The notes beneath the pieces were generated by a model. That model was not told the origin of the DNA, made no database searches, and worked only from the letters and a program-made list of their open reading frames with translations. A stretch of 64,000 nucleotides of DNA from Nemertoderma westbladi (Eukaryota; Animalia; Xenacoelomorpha), in assembly GCA_032718475.1 (NCBI GenBank), contig JAUCBJ010009060.1:72065-136064 (forward strand), in the 5' to 3' direction. Position numbers and translations under genes: made by a program. Below are positions 1 through 11,500 of this stretch, in pieces (the stretch's first letter is position 1; the number at the start of each line of letters is the position of its first letter).

Positions 1-141
1 CATGGTGATCACGCCGAAGTTTTAAAGAGCATAATAAGACGTTTGAACATGCGTTACCGACAGAAATGGCGAAAACTGGAAAATAAACTGGAGGGTCAAG
101 ACAAAGTGTTGACGCTTCAACATATCCATGATATGATAGCT
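1..141 (+). pseudogene. Fragment of a divergent BEL/Pao gag (related family), cut by window edge and by a retroposon tail
   Basis: Frame 1 reads HGDHAEVLKSIIRRLNMRYRQKWRKLENKLEGQDKVLTLQHIHDMIA, which aligns without gaps to YGNTPTVLLKIIGRLHHRLRREWRKIEYQREERGGFLKLEDVYLLIS in the gag of the BEL element below. Confidence 0.75.
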
Positions 142-142
142 A

Positions 143-187
143 ACTACTACTACTAGGATAGGCATGCTGCATTGCAGCTGTATTTTT
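143..187 (-). mobile_element. 3' tail of RTE-like LINE (or SINE sharing its tail)
   Basis: Near-exact reverse complement of AAAATGCAGCTGCAATGCAGCATGCC..TCCTAGTA plus a (TAG)n tail, the same 3' end that follows the RTE ORF at 55219-55252. Confidence 0.7.
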
Positions 188-310
188 CTGGGCATTCGAT
201 TTCAGTTGTGTATTTTGATTACTAAAGGTTAGAGGTAGAGGTTTCCTAAGAGTTTTCCTCTATCGATTCTTGTAGCTTTTGTTCAAAAATGTATGCACCG
301 CTCAGAGATA

Positions 311-468
311 TAATCTCACGGCATAAACTAAATGTTCTGTGAAATTCCACAGCATAACCTAAACGTGCTGTGAAATTTCACGGCATAAACTATACCTGCC
401 GCGAAATTTCACGGCATAAACTAAACGTGCCGCGAAATTTCACGGCAAAACTAAACATGCCGCGAATT
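311..468. repeat. ~32-bp tandem repeat, ~5 copies
   Basis: Unit approx. AAATTTCACGGCATAAACTAAACGTGCCGCG repeated with variants. Confidence 0.8.
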
Positions 469-2579
469 GAGGTTATTTCTTTATTAACTGTGTCCGTTGT
501 GGGCCACCGTAATAAAGAATGGATATATATGGATATATATATGGATATTGAAATAATATTAAATCAATGTACACTCTTAAAGCTGCAGCGAAAAAATGTA
601 GCTAATTTCCTAGGTTACATATAAAATAATAATATTATTTTTAAGAACATTAATTTTACTACTTTGCAGAAATTAAATTAAAAAATATTCAGACAAATAT
701 ATTGTGGAATAAACTATTTCAGATATAAGCCTACAACAGCCATGCCATGGATGCATTCATGTTATTATATCTTTTGTCATTTACCTGAGATAGCAATACA
801 ACATTTATAGCGGCACAGGCACAGACACACGCAACATTTATAGTATACAGATTCAATATGAATTGGGACTAGAAAGCCAGCAAGCTGGCTGGAAGGAGCC
901 CGGGTGAAGAATCCTACAGTATTTACAAGACTATTACAAATAAAAACCTTGTCGGTCAGCAGTAAGTAAACTAAACAATTGTCTAAACTATAAGGCGTGG
1001 GGCTAGCTGACTTTGTGGCTCGTCCCACAAAATAAAAAATGAAACTTTGCTATGACAACACACCCGGTTCTATTAAATTTGCGTGATTTGAGTTTTATGC
1101 TCGCACCACTATTTGTAAGAAATGTTAAAATTTATCTTACAGTATGTCAATGTAGTAATGGTATTAAAATATAATTAAATTAATTTACACTATTAACAAT
1201 CCATTTTATGGATTTATTTCATGTGTATATAATTTTTTTTTTTTTTTTTTTGTTTGAAATAAATTTATACAAATTATTATTGTCATCAATGTAAAACGAT
1301 TAATCATAAATATAAAAGAAGTAGATCGTACCAACAACGTAATAATTTACACAAATTTACACTATTAATGCTTCAGCTAAAAAATGATGCTAATCCTATG
1401 TAATAATAAAAATAAGAATATTATTTTTAAGAACTTTCTACATATATCCTATACAAAATAATCAGCCCAATGATTCGTGGAATAATAATATAATCCTACT
1501 GCAGTGGTATATTTTATTTGTTTATTGACAACTCAACTATTTTCTGTCTATCCCTGAGAGCTGATAAAGGATGTGTAGACTCAGCCAGCAGCAGGAGGGG
1601 TGTAGTCAAGAAATTCCTGCATTGATGGAATTCTATCTCAGGCAGCCCTGCACTCAACCATTCCTACACAGCTAGCTGCTGCAGCAGCTCAGGGGAAGAG
1701 TTGTTACTTTACCATTGCTTTTAATTTCGCGACAAAATAATTTCAAAAAAACGAAATATATCGAATACCACACATAGAATCGATCTGATATTTTGTAACG
1801 CGATTATGAACCACCAAAGCAATTTACTTTTAAAATTTCAACAAAATCGCCGGGCAGGAAGTGCCTGAACCTTGATAATTATCAGTCAGTCAGTGTTATA
1901 TATCCTGAGATTTTTACAGTAAGTATCCCGCAGATTTTTACAGTAAGTATCCCGCCTGTCGAGGGGGCTCCTAAATACAGGCAGGATGGTAGACTTTAAA
2001 GAATGCTGTCTGGGCTGGAATAGCAACACTGCTGCCTATTACAATTCCCCTCTGGTTAAGCTACAGTAAAAAATCCCAGCAGCTAGCAGCTCTACACCCC
2101 CGCAGAGACTATATTAAATGGGCAGGATTAAATTTGTACTCAATAATTGTGAAGTTTTATTTACGTTTAGATCAATTAAATACACATTTATTAAAGAAAA
2201 TCACGTGAACTAATTAAAAACTGCAATGTAATGGGGTATGGGGATTACAGCTATATAACTTTTAAGTATAATTATTTAAATCTTATACATACTATAAAAT
2301 AATTAATTTCCTTTAAAAGGCAGGTTGAAAATGGTGTTTTTACCGTAATCAACTGAATTAACTGCTATTATCTTAGCTTCTCGAAGGCCACACGGAAATT
2401 CAACTTGGAAAATTTCTAAACTTTTGCCAAACAAACATGTGTACCAAGTTGGATATATTTCATCGAGGATTGGCTTTAAAATTGAACACTGCAAAAAAAA
2501 GCGACAGAACGACAGGTTGATTAATGGTACCCCTACGCTAAGGCTCACTCACTTCGTGGCTCGCCCCACAGTAGTGTGG

Positions 2580-2850
2580 GAGCCATGGTCCATATATTAC
2601 TGATCCTGGGGGTAGTGGCAGCCCTGGGCCACGAGGGGGTATTTTATTTTTTTTACTATTAGTTTTTTTAATGGCAGCCATGGTCCAATACTATTATACT
2701 GATTCTGGGAGCAGTGGCAGCCCTGGGCCACGAGGAGGGGTATTTTATTTTTTTTTTACTATTTGTTTTTTTAATGGCAGCCATGGGCCAACTGTTATCT
2801 GATTATGGGGTGATGGCAGCCCTGGGCCACGTGGGGTATTTTTTTTTCTT
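2580..2850. repeat. ~90-100-bp tandem repeat, 3 copies
   Basis: GCCATGG.CCA...CTGAT...GGCAGCCCTGGGCCACG..GGGGTATTTT repeated three times immediately left of LTR1. Confidence 0.8.
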
Positions 2851-2997
2851 TAGCAGTATTTATATTTTATTATAGAATTATATTCCCTAAATGCCGTGGA
2901 TTTTCAAAATTTTATTTTATTCGAATTAACTTTGTAAAAGATTACTTTGAGTCCTCATTTGTGTTTGTTCTATCATTTGTACGCCTATTGGTCAAGT

Positions 2998-3084
2998 GGT
3001 TCAGTAGCTCAGTCGGTAGAGCGTTGGAAATTATATGTGTAGTAGGTATTGAGTTCGAATCCTAGTAAGTGCGAATTATTTTTT
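2998..3084 (+). promoter_or_regulatory. tRNA-like Pol III internal promoter cassette in LTR U3 (also in LTR2 ~18054 and LTR3 ~35300)
   Basis: A box TAGCTCAGTCGGTAGAGCG (D-arm GCTC/GAGC), B box GAGTTCGAATCC, then TTTTTT; acceptor and anticodon stems do not pair, so not a functional tRNA. Confidence 0.7.
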
Positions 3085-3140
3085 GTGCAGAATTTCAACT
3101 CATTTAAATTAACCGCTACAAATTAATTGCATTTGTCTGT

Positions 3141-3401
3141 ACCAATGAGACTGTAGTTATTTGATTGTAACCAATGTCGTGCAAGTTATATATTAGCTGG
3201 ACCAATAGCTATCTTTAAAAACCTGTTAGAACCTATAGAACAATCGAGAATTTTCTCGATTGATTGCAGCACAAATTTGCTATATAAAGGTGCGATTTGT
3301 TCATTAGTTATACCTCTCAGATTATCTTATCTTATCAATATTCTGTCGTGCTTAGTTTATTTCAGATTACATTGTATTATAATTATATCTTCTGTAATAA
3401 A
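3141..3401 (+). promoter_or_regulatory. LTR Pol II promoter (CCAAT x3, TATA) and poly(A) signal
   Basis: CCAAT at 3142, 3171, 3202; TATATAAAG at 3281; AATAAA at 3396, the order expected for U3/R of an LTR. Confidence 0.65.
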
Positions 3402-5569
3402 GTCAGAATTATCGCTAATCTGCTTTTTCTATCTGTTTTACCATGATTCACCACGGTGAACCCAACTAAGGGACAGGATGGCCGGCTAGAGATCGGGCCG
3501 CAGCAATGAACGGGAACATCGGGGGAATGTAGACAAGAGACAACCCGCAATACCATCTTGAGTTATTCGCCCATCGCCTGAAAGGTTAGACAGCGTTCGA
3601 CGCCTCGCTACCTAAGCGTAAGACCAAAGATCAAAAGGTAGAAGTAGTGACACGCTGTGAGCCTAAAATTACATCTTAGGGACTGTACTGTCTTGATTCA
3701 GGAAAAACCACAGTAGACCTTCACATTCCTACGGGGGGAGAGAGAGAGCAGGCAGATACTAGTACGCAGATAGGACGTAGGCACACCGGTACGAAGCATA
3801 CAAATTGGTAGGGTGCAGCAAACTGTACGCCTAACTCTTGCTAAGTGCAGGTGCGTGTGCGACTATTTGTAGTACAACAGTGTCCATTGCATTAGAACTT
3901 GTAGGCTAGGAGGGTCGTTGTGTTTCACCTGAATTAGGATTGTACCGTTCAGGCGGTAGGGCAGTTTACAACTAGGCGCAAATAAATTGAGGCTATTAGG
4001 GATATACTAACATCTACCGTGTCCCCGCCAACGCCCTAATAGGAAGTTACCCGGACTACCTGGGTGACTAAAATTCTAGATAGGAGCCAGGATAGCTATT
4101 AGTAACTGTACGCCTACTGTAGTAAACTAACACATCTCTTCTTAGTATCAGGGACCTGGTACCTAAAATTGCCGAATTCTGGGCGTAGCATTAACCTTAT
4201 GCCTGAATTTGAGTCCTGGAAATACGCAAGAGGGGAAGGAACCTTATCATTCGTGAGTATTGGACCTACAAGTTACAAAATTAGAATATTCGTAAAATGC
4301 ACACCGTACCCAGTAATTATATATGTGAAGGAGCAAAACTGCTTTTGACCGTTCAGAATTAACACACGCGCGTTAGAAATTATTTACACCTCAAAATATA
4401 TAAAATTAACTTTCGTCCGTACTGTGCTTTGCCCGCTAGTTAGACATCTCCAAATCTCTGCCTCTGTACCTAGCTAGCGTCCCTTCGCCCAACCATATAA
4501 ATCACACCGCGGCAAAGTATACGAGCCCCTTAGTCCGTCAGTGAGTCAGCCTGATTTTAGGATTCGCTGCGCGGGATTTTGTTTTATCGAAGTTTGTCTG
4601 CTCGTAGACTGTTTTCTGCCTCACCGGTTATAAGAGATCGATACTGCAATATATTCGCTTACTTAGAGTTTACTGTTTTGGTGAGAAGGTCGGATTTATG
4701 ATTTGATTCACAAACTTTACAGTAGGATATTGCAGGTATTGTTACCGTCTCTTCCATATAGTAGGAATATGTTTTACTGAACTACGGTTCGGTAGGACTA
4801 AAGTTATTTGAAAATTTTGTATTTTGAGGTAAAAATTTATATTTGATTAGCTAAGTGCTAATTTTTTGAAATAAAATTTGATTTGAACCGCGTGTAAAAT
4901 ATTTTTGGAATTGAATACCGGTGTTTAAAAGGGTTTAAATACCATATTGTACCGGTACAAAATTTTCGTAAAAGTAAAACCTAACTCTTTTGTTTTTCAG
5001 GATTCAGAACTCATTTCTAGACTGTAACGGGAGCAAGACCGTGTTTAGCAAGTTTGGGAGATAGATAACTCAACAACTTTGGTTGGGAAAATCGCGCTTC
5101 GTCCGCAACGTTAAAAACGGAAAGGTTCACGTTCGGTTTGTATCTGGGAATCTGTTTTTCTGGAGAATTATTGGAGTGGGTGAGTTCGAAAAGTTGCATA
5201 AATAAGTTAGGCATTACCGTATTAGTTAAAATTATTGTGGGTTCCACTGTCTCAAGTATTTATGCATTCCGTATGATTTCTTTGTTCATTGCTGAATTAG
5301 TCCGTATTATTGTATTTAATTTACCTTTTGATAACGCATATCGTTATCCGATTTATTTGTTATAAAATTGGCCGCTAGGCTAATTTTATTATATACTTAT
5401 TCCGTGACATTTATTTGCTGTAAAATTGGCCGTTTAGGCTAATTTTATCCATCTGCTATAAAATCGGCCGGTAGGCTAATTTTATATGACTGTAATTAGT
5501 ACCGTTTAGATATAAATACGGTAAACTCGATACTTTGACACTCACTTTACTTGACTTACAACTACCGAA

Positions 5570-8500
5570 ATGAGTGACAAACAAGACTATACGAAGAATA
5601 CACAAACCGACTATGACTCATGCGACGGAGATAAGTCAGCAGCGGAAGAACAACAGGGGAAGACTCGCGAGCCTACCGAACCTACACCGTGTGCGTCACC
5701 AGTACATCCAACGGGAGTACCGGATGCCGTAGTACGAGGCGACGGCAGGACCGAGGACTTTCTAACTGTTCCGCAACCTAGATACAGGGAAACGGACATG
5801 GTAAGTTCAGCAGGAAGCCAGGAGAGCGTGGTTAGAAGCGTCGGTGGATACATGGCGCATATTACCAGGAGTATTGGAGAAGGCCAACGCATATTAGACG
5901 AGTTGACCGCTCCGATGTCTCGATTCGAGTTCTACACCCTCCAGGTTAGAGTACAGAGTAAAGTATATAAGTCCGTAGATAATCTAGTTGGCCTACAAGA
6001 TCTAGCTAGACAGAGACAGGACATGGATACTCAACTTAGAATCCTCGAGAAACTAATGATCGCTAGAGAGAAACTGATTCAGTTTAAGTCGACGATTAGA
6101 CAGATACAACAGGAACAAGCGGACCAGTTGTTAGGTGAGTCAGTTTCGGACGAATTATTACAGCCCGAGGAAGAACAGGAACTGTACCGACTGGATGGAC
6201 AATTGAAACATCTGACGGACCACTTACGTATGTGCGGCGAGGATGTCGGAGATTGGGAAACCGTGCCGGAATATACGAGGGAAACTTCACCCGTACGAAT
6301 CGAATCGGCACCGGGAATACTGAATCAATCACTGGTGAGTATTCGCAGCGAGATTAACGAGGTAAGCATGGTCACGTCAGAAGTTGCTCGACAACAGCAA
6401 CAGTTCTACAGACAGCAACACGAGATGGAAGAACAAACTCAACTGCTAATGATACAAACAGCGGTAGAGGAAGAGAAAATACGTGTTGCGAATGTAGCGA
6501 GAATCTCTCATCTGCAGGAACAAGCCGAACTCGAAGCGGCCGAAATGGAAAGGTTAGAGTTGGACATTGCCCAACAAGCGGCAGCGGCCGAGTTAGCGCA
6601 ACGAACGGCAACAGCCGAGTTAGAGCGACAAACGGCAGCGGCAGCGGCAGCGGCCGAGTTAGAGCGACAAACGGAAGCGGCAGAGTTAGAAAGAAAAAGG
6701 TTAGTTTCAGAAGCCAGAGTCGAGATGAAGACACGGCAAATAAAAGCCCAACAAGCGATACGACAAGCAGAGTTCGAGGCGCAACAACAACAAACGGAAC
6801 AACGAGAAAAGGAAGTTAAACTTCGTTTCGAACTTGAGAAAAGGGCGAGAGAATTAGCCGAAACCAAGGAAAATCTGGATCTTCTAGCCCGTGATCGATC
6901 GATGAGATCTCGTGACGGACATGATTTGGACCAGATAGAGGTAAGGCACCGCCAAATCCAGGAACGACTAAAGGAAGGTTCGATAGGAGCACCTGGACGG
7001 GAACGACAATTAGTAAAGGACTTATGTCAAAGATTCCCTCAAGTAACCCCTATGTTCGCACCAGTTACAACTAAGGAACCTGTTTCGATTGCGGGTAGTA
7101 GTGATATTTCTCCTATCCATGGTGCGACGGAACACAGGTTTGTTATTCCGGACAAGTTTACACCGCCAAGAGCAACGTCGTCGCCTATTCCGAAAGTCAA
7201 GGTAAGTAACCCACCGATTACAGATCGTAGTAGTTTGTTGACTGGACCTGCACTACTGACGACTAAACAGGTGAGTCCACCGTCGACACCTAAACCCGTT
7301 ACACACTACGCTTACCCAATGACGTTTAGGCCAACAAGGCCTTTGGATTCAAATGCTGTCATTCGACCACGACTTCAGTTTACATCGCAATCTACGACTT
7401 CGAGGAAGACTTGTGAGCCTACCGAACAACGGAGAACAGTGGATACGCGACCGTTCAACCAGTGTACATCGCAATCTACGACTTCGAGGAAGACTTGTGA
7501 GCCTACCGAACAACGGAGACTAGTGGATACGCGACCGTTCAACCAGTTTACATCGCAATCTACGACTTCGAGGAAGACTTGTGAGCCTACCGAACAACGG
7601 AGATCAGTGGACGATGTTCCGAAACGAAACGTTAGAATTCGTACGACACAACGGACGCGAGCACGTCGACCACCATATCCAGATGATAGTAGTACTTCGA
7701 GCGAATCGGATTACCCGAAACGCGAGGTATTTAGAACAGGGGCGGCCGATGAATATAAACGCGAGCGTTCAGACAACTCCTTTGCAGACAATCCTCCACA
7801 GAATACACCAACACAGAAGGCGTTACAACCAACGGACGCAATCAGTACACAACAGTTCGCCGACATCCTGCGACCAGTTGTTAACAAGTTGGCTCAGATC
7901 GAGGAGCGTCTGGAGGAAGTTCAAACCGATAGTTCGAGGAACACTGAATTCGAACACAATAGACACCCGAAGGAACCACAAAGACCGGTACCTTCAAAAC
8001 ACCCATCGTATCAGGGAAAAGCGCCAAGAAGGGATATCAACCAGTGTACCAACCAAGGACGCGAAACTCTGAACGTTGCCGAGGAGATAGCGAAATTCGC
8101 AGCCAGACAGGGATTGCCGGTGCAACAACCACCGAAGTTTTCCGGTAGCTCAAAACACTGGCACACTTTCGTAGACTATATCGAATCTCAGATCGCCGTG
8201 TGCGCCTTTACATCACGGGAGAAGTTTAATTACCTGCTTCAAACGTTGTCAGGAGAACCTAAACGTTTGGCAGAGACCTTCGTTGGTGTACCGGACGCCT
8301 TTCGAACTAGCGTACGATCGTTTAACTTCGATATATGGAGGTACAGTCAGTATGGCCAGGTCAGTAATAGAGGAACTCTGTAAGGGAGGGGCTATCACTA
8401 AACCCGTCGACTTATTAAAACTGGCCGACGAGATAAAGAACGCTATCACTACTTTAAGATCCATTGGACAACTTGACTACGGGAATACCCCTACAGTCCT

Positions 8501-11500
8501 ATTAAAGATCATAGGACGACTCCACCATCGACTTCGTCGGGAGTGGAGAAAGATCGAATACCAGCGAGAAGAGCGGGGTGGATTCTTAAAACTAGAGGAT
8601 GTGTACCTTTTGATATCCAGGGAAGCAGTTGTAGAAACTCGATCCAACTACACTGACCAGCACATCGTAGCAGAAGGGATCACCTTGCCATCCTCCAACC
8701 GACAAAAACCCCAGACAACATCCACCAAGACGGCCACTTACGCCACACCGACGGAATCACGACAATTCTCGGACGGTAGTAGGGTATCTGCGCCCATTGG
8801 GACAAAACAGACGAGACAACAACTCAGTACCGACTTCAGCGGCTGCCAATACTGCGAGCATTTAGGCAAGCGGTATATCGGTCACAAGTTGCGAGGTTGT
8901 CGACAGTTTCGCGAGTTAAACTCGGAAGAACGACGGCTGCAGATACGGCCATTGGACTCTTGTTGGCGGTGTACGCGACACGGACACGTCCGTAAAGATT
9001 GCCCAAATACCGACACTTGTCCATCCTGTGGACGCAACCACGACGGTCTGCTCCACACAGACAGCCACACACCGACAAAACGCTTCGCCAGGGAACACCC
9101 GGAAGCAGCAGCGAGATGTGATGCGGCCTACAGAAAACGAGAATCGAAAACGACTCCGACCTTCGTGACCCATATTGAGGATTGCTTCTCAGAACAACCC
9201 GGATCGTCGGACGAAGAGTCAGAAGACGACGACGTATATTCGGATGGAGATGAACAGCCATCGATCGCGCTTCTGACTACTGACCAACTAAAGGGATTTA
9301 GTGTAATTCCGATTAAGATTACTGGCACAAAGGGGAGTAAGAGAATCTACGCTATTCTAGATTCAGCCTCATCTCACAGTTACGTGGATGAAAAGATAGC
9401 TGATGTAGTGACGGATCTCAGACAAGGTAAGCGCGTCAGTTATACCGTAAGTAGTATGCACGGACAGCGTGCAATACCAGTGACACGAGTCAAGTTAAAC
9501 TTAGACTCTCTTCTTCCGAAATCGCAACACAGCGAGAGGGAGAGGTCTTTGTTACCCTTCAAGGATTTGACCTTTGCGGCCACCAAAGACTTTAGTAACC
9601 TACTAGGTCCGGTCCCAGAACAATCCTTGGAGGACCGTAAGTATTTCAGACACCTTGGTGTACCCGAATGTCCTGTCAATTATAGATCGGTAGCCATGCT
9701 GATCGGGACAGACCAATTCAACCTACACCAAGTGTGGGAAACCAGACCATCGGCAGTCGTAGCGGGAAACGCATACGCCTGCAGAACGCCGATAGGGTGG
9801 TATACTCGAGCGCCTGTGCGCACACTAGACGTAAGTGACGAGGAAGACGATGTACAAAGTACATGTAGTTTATTAACTACAAATTCAATTCATTCCTTCT
9901 CACACGACGTGAACCATACTACACTACAGTCGACAAAACATGACAGACGTGTGACTAGTATGATAAGTCACAAGGAGCAGCTAACCCACCAGGTGAGTTT
10001 AGAACTTGGGGAGAAGACGAGTCAGCTAGAGATTCCATCGACGACAGATGATAACGCCGGAAGGCTTGCGAGTCTACCTACCCCAATAACCTCAACAATA
10101 CCCGTCGATATCGATAATGACGCGTTGAGAAATCATCAATTGGAACAAGCTGTATTGGACAAAGAATTAACGGAGAAGACTATCAGGTGGTTAGAACAAG
10201 ATACAGCTGAACCTGGTAGCTACGAACCTTGTATGTCGGAACAGGAGAAACAATCTTTGAGGATCATGGAAGATACTATCCGCCAGACGGAGGACGGACA
10301 TTATGAGGTAGGGATGTTATGGCGTAGCCAAAGTCCTAAACTTATAAATAACTACCCACTAGCTTTAAGACGTCTACACTCAATACGGCAACGTCTATTA
10401 AAGGACGAGAAAGCCCATCTGCAGTACAACACTCAGATGGAGACGTATTTGACTAAGGGATACGCTATCCGAATGACTAACCCAGAGATAGTGACTAACC
10501 AGACATACTACCTGCCACATCACTACGTGAGACACCCCGACAAACCAGATAAAGTACGCGTAGTCAATGACTGTGCGGCTCTGTTTGAGGGAATGTCCCT
10601 CAATAGCGAGTTGATGGATGGACCAAACATGAATAATTATCTTATGGGGGTGATTATGCGCTTCCGTCAGCGTCAAGTAGCTTTTACTTGTGACGTTGAA
10701 GCGATGTTTCACCAAGTGAGAGCGTTAGAGCGAGACAGAGACAGTTTGCGGTTCCTCTGGTACCCGGAAGGAGACTTAAGTCTACCACCGGCGACTTACC
10801 AAATGCAAGTTCGCGTTTTCGGTGCCAGGGACAGCCCAAACTGCACGATGTACGCCCTAAAACAAGCCGCTAGGGATCAGAAACACCTGTATGACCCAGA
10901 GATAATTAGGATTGTGGAACGTGACTTCTACGTCGACGACGGATTACAGAGTTGCGACACAGTAGAACGTGCTACAACAGTAGCACATCAATTACGGGAC
11001 TGCTTAGCGGGCGGAGGTTTTAACCTCACCAAATTCGCCTCAAACAGTGCCGAATTAGTAGACTCATTCGGAACGACTGAGCGTGGAGGTGGTGACATAG
11101 ACCTAGAGTTCGAACCACTACCAACGACCAAGGTGTTGGGGCTCTTTTGGGACCCAAACACAGACAACTTTCGAGTGAAAGTGAGACTGGACAGTCAAGA
11201 AAACACACTGACAAAGAGATCATGCTTGTCAAAATTGAGCCGATTGTTCGATCCATTAGGATTCATCAGTCCAATTATACTGCAAGCCCGCATTTATATG
11301 CGCAGTATTTGGAAGGATGGACTGACATGGGACGAGCCGATCTCATCAGACCAAGTGGACTTATGGAAGACCTGGGAGGCGGAATTATCTTCGCTAGAGG
11401 ATTATTCCATACCCAGAGTCTACTTTCCATTACAAACAACATTTCCTGACAACTTGGAATTACACTGTTTTTCTGACGCCAGTGACAACGGTTTTGGTGT

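Larger units (their letters stand above)
2871..4760 (+). repeat. LTR1 (~1890 bp)
   Basis: Direct repeat of 17927-19816 and 35181-37077; the 5' end is where similarity to the other LTRs begins (TATAGAATTA), the 3' end is where LTR3 diverges into flank. Confidence 0.88.

Noticed and set aside
1590-2105. Possible MITE (GGGGTGTAG ... CTACACCCC)
   Set aside because: Inverted similarity too short and degenerate; no TSD found
2998-3075. Functional tRNA gene in LTR
   Set aside because: Acceptor and anticodon stems do not pair; only the D-arm and T-loop boxes remain
5017-5365. Small ORFs in LTR/leader and antisense to gag-pol, repeated in both copies
   Set aside because: Conservation is explained by element duplication; short, mostly non-ATG starts, no motifs
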